Of a DNA stretch of 64,000 nt, positions 1-9,345 are shown one piece after another. Made by a program: the position numbers and the translations under genes. How positions within the stretch are numbered: the first letter of the stretch is position 1; each line of letters starts with the position of its first letter. The stretch is from Alphaproteobacteria bacterium (GTDB lineage Bacteria > Pseudomonadota > Alphaproteobacteria > UBA828). Location: positions 2,624,001-2,688,000 of the forward strand of contig CBDCCI010000002.1 in the NCBI GenBank assembly GCA_965214705.1, given 5' to 3'. The notes beneath the pieces are model-generated. The model saw nothing but the letters and a program-made list of their open reading frames with translations. It made no database searches and was not told the origin of the DNA.

Positions 1-124
1 ACGTCAAGTAAGGCTCATAAGCCCCTTGGCAATGCCTGTGCGAACGACCATGAGCGCCGTCAATGTGCAGACCGGGTGCGAGAGCGCCGGCTCAAGCAAC
101 GGTCCGGGGGCGTGGCGCGTGTTG

Positions 125-197
125 TTTCCCGGATTGATTGACGACGGATTTCCCGGGTTATTTCGGGTGACGGGCGCGCGTATTTCCCGGACTGATC
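125..197 (+). repeat. Three subterminal repeats (putative transposase-binding sites)
   Basis: TTTCCCGGATTGATT (125), TTTCCCGGGTTATTT (149), TTTCCCGGACTGATC (183). Related inverted copies at about 4436-4450, 4461-4477 and 4496-4508. Confidence 0.75.
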
Positions 198-441
198 GGT
201 CATTGCCGGAAGGGGGACAGGGTGCCGGGGTGTCGGACGGCCGTCGGCGCGTCAAGCCGCTGCGCGGCTCCTCCGCTTCGCTACGGCCCTTCGGGTGACC
301 CGCCGCCGTCCATCCGACGAAGTGCATCCATGGCCGTAAGCGGAGCTTTCGGCCACGGGCCGATCGCTCGACGCATTGTCGTTTTTTGAGCCCGAGAGGC
401 GCCTGGGGGGCGGTTCCGGCGGGCGGTTCCCGCTCGAACTC

Positions 442-1509
442 CTAGGGATGGGCGGAACCGGGAGGCGGGAACCGCGAGGCGTCCGGATGGCGGCTGCCAT
501 TGGCGGCGTCGTCCGGCGCGGCGTTCTCGGTTTCGCCTGTGACGAGGCTGTAATGTCCCTCGGCGTCGTGCCGGATGCGTCCCTCACGGACGAGCTTTCG
601 CAGGATGGCGCCCACGGTCTTGTGCCGGGTTGCGGCGCGCTCCCGGATCTGGCGCTGGGAGAGCGGCGCGTCGGCTTCGGCGAGGGCCTGGAGGATGCGC
701 CGTTCAGGGGTTTCGGGCCGCGGCGCGGCATCGCCGGTCTCGACCTGGCGGAGGCGCAGCGCGGGCCCCTTGCCGTCGTCGGCGAGCTCGATTTCGATGT
801 CGTTGAGGCCGGGGGCGGCGCGATGCTCGACGGTCATGAGGATCTGCCTGTCTCGCCGGCGCAGGTACAGATTGGAGTCGCCCCAGGCGTGCAGCTCGCT
901 GCTTCCGCGCAGGGCCTGGCCCGGCCTGGCGGCGCCGCTCTTTCGTGCGTGGTGGACCAGCAGCACGGCGGTCTCGAAGCGGCGCTGGACGTCGCGCAGG
1001 AAGCCGAGGATGGGGGCGACCTCGGCGACGGTGTTCTCGTCGATGCCGTGCAGGCGGACCAGGGGGTCGAGGACCACGAGGCGGGGCCGGACGCGTTCCA
1101 CCGTTTGCACCAGGCGCTGACGGTCCGCGCGATGATCGAGGCGCAGCGCGGGCACGTCGATGACCGCGATGTCGAGGGCGTCGAAGCGGGCGCCGGCGGC
1201 GCTCGCGATACCCTGGAGGCGGGCACGCACGATGTGCCCGGCGTCCTCGGCGGCGAACAGCAGGACCGGGCCCGGCCGGTCGGCGGCGAAGCGGCGCAGG
1301 CATGGGACGCCGGCGGCGACCGCGACGGCGATGTCGAGCGCGAGGAAGGACTTGCCGCACTTCGGCTCGCCGCCGACGATGCCGACGGCCTGGCGCCCCC
1401 AGAGCCCGTCGATGAGCCACTGCTGCTGGCGCGGCCGGTCCTCCAGCTCGATCGGCGCCCGCGTCGGGAAGCCGGTCATCGCCATGCCCTCGGTGGCGAC
1501 GCTGTTCAT
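442..1509 (-). CDS. RecA-fold AAA_25 / RepA-like (SF4 helicase-like) ATPase with C-terminal winged HTH
   Basis: Walker A GEPKCGKS, Walker B LVVLDP, LLVHH and LRGSS motifs; C-terminal ILQALAEADAPLSQRQI... wHTH-like segment. ATG at 1509 overlaps the upstream stop (ATGA). Confidence 0.8.
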   Translation of the reverse strand: MNSVATEGMAMTGFPTRAPIELEDRPRQQQWLIDGLWGRQAVGIVGGEPKCGKSFLALDIAVAVAAGVPCLRRFAADRPGPVLLFAAEDAGHIVRARLQGIASAAGARFDALDIAVIDVPALRLDHRADRQRLVQTVERVRPRLVVLDPLVRLHGIDENTVAEVAPILGFLRDVQRRFETAVLLVHHARKSGAARPGQALRGSSELHAWGDSNLYLRRRDRQILMTVEHRAAPGLNDIEIELADDGKGPALRLRQVETGDAAPRPETPERRILQALAEADAPLSQRQIRERAATRHKTVGAILRKLVREGRIRHDAEGHYSLVTGETENAAPDDAANGSRHPDASRFPPPGSAHP

Positions 1510-2306
1510 GGCTGAAGCTCGTCGAGGGCGGTCTGGATGTGGTTGGCGTTGACGGTCTTTGCCTTGTCGAGGGCGGCGGCCGACAGCGCGTAATGGGCGA
1601 TGCGGTTGATCTGGCGCGGCAGGCCGCGGGTGCCCTGGAACAGGGCCTCGACGGCGGCCTCCTCGAACAGCGGCAGCTCGCATCCGGCGAGCCGGAGGCG
1701 GTGGGTCAGATAGGCGTCGACCTCGTCGCGTTCGAGGCCGGTGAGGTGGTGCCGCACGACGAGGCGCTGGCTGAGGGACTCATGCACCGCCATGGACAGC
1801 CGCCGCCTGAGCTCAGTGAGGCCGACCAGGATGAGGCACATGCGGTTCTCGGAGTCCATGGCGAAGTTGGTCAGCAGGCGGAGATCCTCCAACACGTCGT
1901 TGCGCAGATGGTGGGCCTCGTCGACGACGAGGACGGGGAGCTGCCTGGCTTCCTTGGCGAGGCGGGAGATCTCGGTCCTGATCGCGTGATGGGCCGAGGA
2001 GCGGGATCGCTCGACGGTCAGCCCGAGCTCCCATCCGATGGCCTTGTAGGTGTCGAGCACGTTGCCGGTGGTGAGCGAGACGTAATGGACGCGATACAGC
2101 CCCGGGTGGAGCTGGTCGGTGAGGTGGCGGCAGACGGTGGTCTTGCCGGCGCCGACCTCGCCGGTGAGCAGGCCGATGCCCTTGAGCTCGATGAGGTGGC
2201 CGAGCCTGGCCTCGGCCTCGCGCCGGGCCGAGGATTCGAACAGCTCGTCGGTCTGTGCCGGGGTCTCGAAGGGCATGCCGGTCAGGGCGAAGTGGCGCTG
2301 GTACAT
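1506..2306 (-). CDS. ExeA/TnsC/TniB-like AAA+ transposition ATPase
   Basis: Start MYQRHFAL; Walker A GEVGAGKT, Walker B VLVVDEAH, LSQRL, GLPRQIN. Start overlaps the transposase stop (TGATG). Confidence 0.88.
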   Translation of the reverse strand: MYQRHFALTGMPFETPAQTDELFESSARREAEARLGHLIELKGIGLLTGEVGAGKTTVCRHLTDQLHPGLYRVHYVSLTTGNVLDTYKAIGWELGLTVERSRSSAHHAIRTEISRLAKEARQLPVLVVDEAHHLRNDVLEDLRLLTNFAMDSENRMCLILVGLTELRRRLSMAVHESLSQRLVVRHHLTGLERDEVDAYLTHRLRLAGCELPLFEEAAVEALFQGTRGLPRQINRIAHYALSAAALDKAKTVNANHIQTALDELQP

Positions 2307-3625
2307 CAGTCGTCCTCCTTGAACTTGCGCATCTTGAGCGGCGAGGGCGGCGGCTCGGGCGCCGGGTCGTCGGGTTCGATCTTCTTGGAGTAGTGGCCGC
2401 GCTTCACCGCGGTGTTGGCATAGGCGTCGAGGCGGGTTGCCTGGCCGGCGGGCTTTCCGTCGCAGACCACGTCGAGCGGCCGGCCGGGCGGTGCCTCCGG
2501 GTCGTAGCGCAGCACGACCCTTTCCCCGACCAGGATGGCGTCGACCTCGTAGACGCGACCGTTGAGGCTGACGGTGCGGTCCTTGTGGACCAGCCGCCTG
2601 GCCTCGAAGAGGAAGATGTCGTCGAGGTCGAGCGTGGCGTCGGGGTAGCGGACCGCGACCGAGGCCAACGCCCACTGCTCCAGCGGCGTGCGTCCCTCGA
2701 GGCCGCGATGCGGGGTGTCGTGATACTCGCCCTCGATCCACGCCCAGAGGCTGCGGTTGAGCGTCTGGAGGCTGTCCAGGACCGGCGCATCGAGATGGGC
2801 GAGCCAGCCGGCGCGAAGCGTTCTGAACCAGCGTTCGATCTTGCCCTTTCCGGCTGGCTGATACGGCCTCGCATGCACCAGCACGACGCCCAGTCTTGCG
2901 CAGATCAGGGCGAGATGGCGGGAGCGGTAGGCGGCGCCGTTGTCGACATAAAGGCGCTGCGGCAGCCCGCGGCGGATCAGCGCATTCTTGAACACGGGCA
3001 GGAAGGCCTGGACGTTCTCGGCCGTGGCGAAGGCGGCGAAGGGCACGACCCGGGTGGCGTCGTCGATGAATGCGATGAGGTAGGTCTTGCGCCGGCTCCG
3101 GCCGAAGCGGACCTTGGGCCCGTGCATGACGTCGCTCATCCACAGCTCGCCGGCCTCGCGGAAGGCGAAGCGGCGGCGGTCGGCGCCGTCCGGCGGCTTC
3201 CTGTCGAACAGCCCCTCGCGGCTCAGCAGCCGGTGCACGGTCGAGGGCGCGAGCGGGTGATCGATGCCCTCCTCGGCGGCCGCGCGGATGATCGCGCGCA
3301 CCGGCCAGGCCGGGTTGTCGGCCTTCAGCGCGACCAGGCGCTCGGCGACCTCGGGCGGCAGCCGCCGGGGCTTGCCCCGGTCGGTGCGCGGCTTGGGGTA
3401 GAGCGCCTCGAAGCCGCCATCGCGGTAGTGCCTGATCCACTCCCGCATGGTGTCGGCGGCAACCCGGGTCCGGTCGGTTCCGGGGATGGCATAGGGCTGG
3501 CTGGCCTTCTCGCGAAGCCTGTCGCCGACGCCCTTCGTGCCCAGCGGCAGATGCACCAGATCGGCGATCACGCCGTATCGGAAGAGCGCGATCGCCTGGC
3601 GGAGGTCGTCATCCGATTCCTTCAT
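2306..3625 (-). CDS. DDE integrase/transposase (rve core with Mu-transposase-like C-terminus)
   Basis: N-terminal HTH, WMSD...YVDNG...GKIER catalytic triad, C-terminal RLVHKDRTVSLNGRVYEV beta-barrel. Confidence 0.92.
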   Translation of the reverse strand: MKESDDDLRQAIALFRYGVIADLVHLPLGTKGVGDRLREKASQPYAIPGTDRTRVAADTMREWIRHYRDGGFEALYPKPRTDRGKPRRLPPEVAERLVALKADNPAWPVRAIIRAAAEEGIDHPLAPSTVHRLLSREGLFDRKPPDGADRRRFAFREAGELWMSDVMHGPKVRFGRSRRKTYLIAFIDDATRVVPFAAFATAENVQAFLPVFKNALIRRGLPQRLYVDNGAAYRSRHLALICARLGVVLVHARPYQPAGKGKIERWFRTLRAGWLAHLDAPVLDSLQTLNRSLWAWIEGEYHDTPHRGLEGRTPLEQWALASVAVRYPDATLDLDDIFLFEARRLVHKDRTVSLNGRVYEVDAILVGERVVLRYDPEAPPGRPLDVVCDGKPAGQATRLDAYANTAVKRGHYSKKIEPDDPAPEPPPSPLKMRKFKEDD

Positions 3626-3669
3626 GTCACGGTCCTCGTTCGCGGCCCCTCGGGCCCGGGACCATGACG

Positions 3670-4305
3670 CTAGGCGCCTGGCGGGGGCGGATCAGGCCCC
3701 ATCGAGTGTTGGAGGCCCGGCTTGCGACTCCTCGCGCCGGTTCCGTGGGGTTGGAAGCCCAACGGCGCGGGCAGCGCCTGCAGCTGCCCGGCGACCAGGC
3801 CGCGCAGCGCCATCAATGCGCGGTTGCTTTTGAGCTTGTCGCGCACCGCGCTCATGGTGGCGGCGCAGCCCGCGAGCTTGTCGGGGATCAGGCCGATAAC
3901 GCGGGAAAGGACATCGTGGACGAGATCCACCCGCCGGCGCAGCCAGCGCAGCGCGCCGGGAAGCTCGATGGCGTCATCGTCCTCGGGGCGGCGCACCTCG
4001 TTCGCCGCCTCCTCCTGGCTCTTCGCGCCCTCGGCCGCGACGACAACCGCTTCCAGATCGTCGAGCGTGCCCGGCAGCCGCGCCGCCAGGCAGTCGGCCA
4101 GAAGGCTGATCGTCGTATGGCTCTCGCGGCAATACCAGCGAGGAACCCTCGCGCCGGGCGGGGTCTTCCGCCCGTAGGTGCCGTGGCTTCCCACGGAACA
4201 TCCGCCGTGCGGGTGATTCGGGCAGCGCTCAAGCCTTGCGTCGCGCCACGCCTCGGCCCTAACGTATTCCTCGCCGGTAAGCCCCGTTTCGTAGCGAAGC
4301 TGCAC
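3670..4305 (-). CDS. Cys/His-rich hypothetical protein, first gene of the transposon
   Basis: 211-aa ORF with CPNHPHGGC...HGTY...WYCRESH (possible Zn ribbon) and a helical C-terminus; co-oriented 44 bp upstream of the transposase. Confidence 0.75.
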   Translation of the reverse strand: MQLRYETGLTGEEYVRAEAWRDARLERCPNHPHGGCSVGSHGTYGRKTPPGARVPRWYCRESHTTISLLADCLAARLPGTLDDLEAVVVAAEGAKSQEEAANEVRRPEDDDAIELPGALRWLRRRVDLVHDVLSRVIGLIPDKLAGCAATMSAVRDKLKSNRALMALRGLVAGQLQALPAPLGFQPHGTGARSRKPGLQHSMGPDPPPPGA

Positions 4306-4949
4306 CGGCCATGGCCCGGCGGGAGTCAGCCCGCGCGGGCCTCTTTCTTGTTCCTCGTCAGCCCGAGACTACGGTCCCGCCCCGGCACCGCCAACCGCCG
4401 AAGCCGCGATGCTCGCCGATCTCCCGCTTTCCCCCACCATCCGGGGAAATCCCTGAACCGATCAATGTGAGAAAAATCGCCGACCCGCTATCCGGCTAAA
4501 GCGGGAAACAACAGCGCGGACAATGGGCGTCTGTCGACGCAGTGGCGAGACGCATGGAAGGGCGTTGGCCAAGAGGGGAGAGTGGAGCGCGGGCGATGCC
4601 GGAGCGGAGCGACGCATCGCCCGGCGCGACACGATGCAGGAGGGGCCGATGCAGGAACAGAGCGCGATGGCGCGGAGCGCCGAGCGCGGGATGGCGAGCC
4701 GTGGCCGGCGCAACGCACTTTTAACTATAGGGGGAGGCGGCAGGGCATTCGGTGACGGTGCGCAGACCCGGGCCGAAGCGTCTAGCGTCACGACACTCGG
4801 GACTGGCGCGAACGACGAAGGCGCGCATGCGCCGAGTTGGGCGCGAGACCGGAGTGGATCGCGGCTCATCACAGGCTGAGGATTGGAGCGTGAGCAGCGG
4901 GGACGCGCAAGCGCCAAGCCGGAGGGCTTAGCGTCGATGCGCGACGTTG

Positions 4950-5667
4950 GGTACCCTTGTCGTTGCCCCTGCCGGGCCGGCCGAAGCAGATGCGGAACAT
5001 GTGGTGCGACTGAAGGTGCGTGAACGCCCGGGTGCGCTGACGGGTGCCGTCGCCCAGGATCCGCGCCACCGCCAGTGTCGTGTTGTCATAGAGGATCGAG
5101 CGCGGGATCCCGCCGAGGAAGGCGAAGGCGCTGACGTGTCCGTCGAGGAAGGCCTCCGTCGTCTCCCGCGGATAGGCCTTCACGAACCACACGTCGGAGT
5201 GCGGCAGGATCAGGCAGAAGATAGCGACCTTCTCGCGAATGCCCCGACCTCGACTGTCGCCTCGCCGAAGTCGACCTGGGCATGGCCGGGCGGGTGATGC
5301 AGCGGAACGAAGGCCTCGCACGTCGTCTGGCGGCGGGCCCGGACATAGTCCTTCACGATCGTGTAGCCGCCGCTGAACCCGTGCTCGTCCCGAAGCCGCT
5401 CGAAGATCCGATGCACCGTGTGCCGCGTTTGCGCGGAACCTCCGGATCGGCGTCCGCCTCCAGGATCGCATCGATGATCCCGGTGAACCCGTCCAGCTTC
5501 GGACGCCGCACAGGCTTCGTCCGCCGGTAGCCCGGCGGCGCCGAATAGCTCAGCATCTTCTTCACCGTCCGGCGGTCGATCCCGAACCGCCGACCGGCCT
5601 CATGATGGCTCAGCCCCTCCTCGGCAACCGCTAGCCGAACCGCCGCATAAAGCTCCACGCCGCACAT
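4950..5667 (-). pseudogene. istA: IS21-family transposase IstA, frameshifted and truncated
   Basis: Three consecutive frames: VELYAAVRLAV...RPKLDGFTGIID / RIFERLRDEHGFSGGYTIVKDY...AQVDFGEA / FVKAYPRETTEAFLDGH...YDN...GNDKG. No istB follows. Confidence 0.88.
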
Positions 5668-5704
5668 CTCCCGCCCCGTGCCCGAACAGACAAGGCACCA
5701 TGAA

Positions 5705-5778
5705 TGGCGCATTTTTGCGCCGCCGCGACCGGACCGACCGGCCGCTCCGCGTGGAGCATTATTCCGCCGCTGTTAACA
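5705..5778 (-). mobile_element. IS21 terminal region
   Basis: On the minus strand it begins TGTTAACA and carries two related repeats (GCGGCGGAATAATGCTCCA, GCGGCGGCGCAAAAATGCGCCA) upstream of istA. Confidence 0.7.
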
Positions 5779-5811
5779 CCGTCTGCACCACAGTCTGGTG
5801 CGGATTGTGGA

Positions 5812-6076
5812 GCGCACGGCGGAAAAGGAATCGGAGGAAGCGGTGCTGACGCGCATTCGCAATGCGCTCGCCTTCCTGGTCGAACTGAGGATGCGGGAGA
5901 TGGTGCGTGACGCCCGCGAGTACGAGCTCAAAGCGTTGCTGACAGATTTGTTCGGGGAGTGGCGGCGGCGACAGTGGAGCGACCCAACGCACGCATGGGC
6001 ACTGAGGGCCTGGACCAGCCATGATCTGAGGGCGCCCCGACGGCGGGTCACATGGAAAGACCGCCGCGGTCGCGCG
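5812..6076 (+). repeat. Diverged direct repeat, copy 1 (coding relic)
   Basis: Aligns by eye with 10468-10735; encodes ...RIRNALAFLVELRMREMVRDAREYELKALLTD... Confidence 0.8.
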
Positions 6077-6310
6077 TCTTCGCCTTGCGGCGCTCCCGCT
6101 TCTGCTGGTCCTGCTGCTTTTGATCGCGGTCGATCTCGGCCTGGTCCCCCTTGAGGTCGGTCTCGATCTGCGCCGACAGCCGTTTCCTCTCGACCGCCGC
6201 GCCGGCGCGGCGGTCGAGGTGCTTCCTGAAGGTCTCGGGTTCAAGCCCGAAACAAGATGCCTCCCGCTCTCACGCCGCTCTTCGAAGAATCCCCGTCGTA
6301 GTTAATCCTA

Positions 6311-7529
6311 GTGTCATGTCACATACGATATGTCGCCCATTTCATGATAGCTTTCTCGTCGTCGCACGACGGCGAGGAGGCTGGCATGAAGCGTTACGTG
6401 GTGACTTTGGAGAAGGAGGAGCGGGACGAGCTCGCAGAGATCACGCGCAAGGGCTCTCATCAGTCACAGAAGGTGATCAACGCGCTGATCCTGCTCAACT
6501 GCGACGAAGGCGAGTTCAACGAGCACCGGGCGCACGGGGAGGCCATTGCGGAGATCCTGCGCATCAGTGCGCGCAAGGTGGAGCGGGTCAAGAAGCGTTT
6601 CGTCGAGGCGGGCATGGCGGCGGCGCTCGGTGGCCGGCAGGGTCGCCGTCCCAGCTACGTGCGCAAGGCCGACGGCGAGTTCGAGGCGCACTTGGTGGCG
6701 CTGAGCTGCGCCGAGCCGCCGGAGGGCCACTCGCAGTGGTCGCTGCGGTTGCTGGCGGACCGCATCGTGGAACTCGGCCACATCGACAGCGTGTCGCACG
6801 AGACGGTGCGCCGGGTGCTAAAAAAAACGCAATCAAGCCGTGGCGGCGCGTCGGCTGGGTGATTCCCCCACAGGGCAACGCGGACTTCGCCGCGGCGATG
6901 GAGAAGGTTCTCGACGTCTACCGGCGTCCCTACGATGCAGCCTTTCCGGTGGTGTGCATGGACGAGACGCCCCGGCAACTGATCGGCGAGACACGCGAAC
7001 CGGTTCCGGCAGCGCCGGGTCGGCCGGCGCGCGAAGACTACGAGTACCGACGTTGCGGAAGCTGCAACGTGTTCATGGCGACCGAACCCCTGGCCGGGCG
7101 GCGTATGACCAAGGTGACGGCGCGCAGAACCAAAACCGACTGGGCGCACTTCCTCAACGACATCGCCGAGCGCCACCCCCGCGCCAAGAGGATCACGCTT
7201 GTGATGGACAACCTGAACACCCACCGCCCCGGCGCCCTCTACGAGGCATTTCCGCCGGACCAGGCCAAGGCGCTGTGGGACCGCTTCGAGTTCGTCTACA
7301 CGCCCAAGCACGGCAGTTGGCTCAACGTCGCCGAGGTCGAGCTCAACGTCATGATCCGTCAGTGTCTCAACCGCCGCATCGCCTCCCTCGAAGTCCTGCG
7401 CGACGAGGTCGCGGCTTGGCAGGCGTCCCGAGACCGCATCCGGGGCAACGTCAACTGGCAGTTCACCACGGACGACGCACGGGTGAAGCTGAAACGCCTC
7501 TATCCGACAGTTGATGAATGACAGGACAC
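6311..7529 (+). mobile_element. IS630-family insertion sequence
   Basis: IR GTGTCATGTCA / TGACAGGACAC, flanked by TA at 6309-6310 and 7530-7531. Confidence 0.9.
6386..7521 (+). CDS. IS630 transposase (orfA/orfB joined by -1 frameshift at an A8 run near 6820-6827)
   Basis: OrfA MKRYVVTL...WSLRLLA...VSHETVRRVLKK; OrfB VVCMDE...VMDNLNTH...TPKHGSWLNVAEVE. Confidence 0.9.
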
Positions 7530-7629
7530 TAGACCGGTATGGGGTCTCCATACCGCTCACGGCGAAGCCGCAAGAGCCGCTCGGGTACATCGGCTCATCC
7601 TGTTGTTGCAGGTGTATGGGCAGCGCGCC

Positions 7630-8487
7630 TCAGAGCTCCGGGCCAAGATACTTGTTGAAGAAGGCGATCATGCGACGCTGCGAATCGTGGCGTGCCCCAG
7701 CGTCGCCCATCACCGTGTGCATTTTTCCGCCGTCGCCCTCCACGTAGTACGGTCCTTTCATCGGCAGGTCGAAGGAATGGTGTGCGCGCGGATACACCTT
7801 CAACCTGAGGACGGGTTTGTGGCTGACCTGTTGAGCGATCTCGTGGAGATCCTTGCATCGGTCCGCCGGTGTCCAGTCATCCTTGCCGCCGACCAGAATC
7901 AGGACAGGACGTGCCAGGGAATGAGCCCAGCTCGACTCGCACCAGGGATAGTAGGCGACCAGCGCGGCAAACGTGCCCTGGCCCTTACGCGTGCGGGCAT
8001 TGATGTAACCTCCCTGTGCGAGTCGCGAGGCGGTTCCGCCGCCGAGCGACTGACCGACGTAACCGATGCGGTCTTCATCCACGAACGGCATCGCTGCCAA
8101 ACGGTCGAATGCGGCGTACGCGTCTCGGACCTGCACGGGATAGTAGGACAACGGATGCTGACATCCATCGGTGATGCGGCGCCGGTGGAAGCTGTCGATG
8201 ATCAGCGTGACGTATCCCTTCTTTTTCAACAGCTTGGCGTGTTGAAGCAGTCCGTGCCACACCGTCTGATGTTGCGTATCCCTCTCGGTACCGCCGCAGC
8301 CGTGCGTCAGTACGACGGCAGGAAAGGGACCCTCGCCGTCCGGTTTCGAGAGCAGGAATTGCGGTCCCGTGCTCTCCTCTGCGGTGGCGATCGAGATTGC
8401 CGTTCCCTGCAGCAGACACGCCGCGATGGCAAGCGTGACAACCGCGATCAAGGCGCCTGTGGCGCCATACCTGTTGGCAATTCTCAT
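7630..8487 (-). CDS. Secreted dienelactone hydrolase-family alpha/beta hydrolase
   Basis: Signal-like N-terminus, PAVVLTHGCGG, nucleophile elbow GQSLGG, DDWTP, YPRAHHSFD. Confidence 0.85.
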   Translation of the reverse strand: MRIANRYGATGALIAVVTLAIAACLLQGTAISIATAEESTGPQFLLSKPDGEGPFPAVVLTHGCGGTERDTQHQTVWHGLLQHAKLLKKKGYVTLIIDSFHRRRITDGCQHPLSYYPVQVRDAYAAFDRLAAMPFVDEDRIGYVGQSLGGGTASRLAQGGYINARTRKGQGTFAALVAYYPWCESSWAHSLARPVLILVGGKDDWTPADRCKDLHEIAQQVSHKPVLRLKVYPRAHHSFDLPMKGPYYVEGDGGKMHTVMGDAGARHDSQRRMIAFFNKYLGPEL

Positions 8488-8539
8488 CCTTGTCCCTCCG
8501 CGCCCGGCGCCGATGAGAGCAATGCCCCCGGCGAGCGGA

Positions 8540-8790
8540 CGTCGCCGCGTCGGGCCGGGATGCTTGTTGAAGAAAGCGATCATGCGCCGCTGCGAAATCG
8601 TTGCGCGCTCCAGCGCTCCCACTTCGCCGTATGAAACACGCGAGGGTAGCCTCGGCATGGTACGGCCCTTGCATGGACTTATCAAAGGACCGGTGGGCGC
8701 CCGGATACACCATCAACTCGACGACGGGTTTGTTGCTGGCCCGTTTGGCAATGTCGAGGAGCTTCTCGCATCGGTCCGTACCCCGCATCC
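8540..8790 (-). pseudogene. C-terminal relic of a paralogous dienelactone hydrolase
   Basis: DRCEKLLDIA...KPVVELMVYPGAHRSFD and (frameshifted) SQRRMIAFFNKH closely match the C-terminus of 7630-8487. Confidence 0.75.
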
Positions 8791-9345
8791 GCGTTCCCGC
8801 GCCGTGATCGCCTCACGACAAATGCCCATTGTTCGTGCTTTGTGCAGAAATGGACATCGGCGCCGACAGGCCGAATGACGAGACTGGACGATGATTCCAC
8901 CCGGAAGCGCTCGACACGGGCGGGTGTCGAAGTGAAGCCTGGACGCGTGGTCCGAAAGCGAATGCGCCGAACTGCATTTCTGACGAACCCGATGCTTCAC
9001 CGCGACGCCCCGCATTCAAGTGAAAGCCGGAATGAAGCGTAGTCGTCCGGCGAAGGCCGCAGGTCATGCGGCCAGAACCTGTTGCCAGTGCTTTGCCACA
9101 GTGGGCTCGCGGAGCGGAGCGTCCGCCCCTTTAGACGAATACCCCGCAGATGGTCGAGCCGGAACTGTTCGCGCCGCCGGGAACGAGATGATCAGGATAT
9201 CCGCCTGCGCCCTCGCCCGCGCCCTCTCCGTAAGGCTCGCTGGGTCACTGCGGCACGGCGGATGACTCAACGGAGTGACGTACTTCACAAGGCGCTCGCC
9301 TCGTTGCTATCGTTCCCCTAGGCCTCGCTCCGAAAGGGAATGCCC

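Larger units (their letters stand above)
120..4513 (-). mobile_element. Complete compact Mu/Tn7-like DDE transposon (4 genes)
   Basis: Perfect 12-bp terminal IR TGTTGTTTCCCG (120-131; reverse complement at 4502-4513). 5-bp direct repeat GCGCG flanks both ends (115-119, 4514-4518). Subterminal repeats at both ends. Encodes a DDE transposase and an AAA+ ATPase. Confidence 0.9.

Noticed and set aside
1506-3440. 644-aa ORF as a single protein
   Set aside because: Its N-terminal part is an alternative frame overlapping the transposase; the real ATPase starts at 2306.
4320-4370. Hammerhead-like CTGACGAG...GAAA on the minus strand upstream of the transposon's first gene
   Set aside because: No G-C closure of stem II and only about 2 bp of stem I; probably chance.
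9064-9288. MKYVTPLS... ORF faintly resembling an IS630 N-terminus
   Set aside because: Similarity is too weak and there are no ends or catalytic region.
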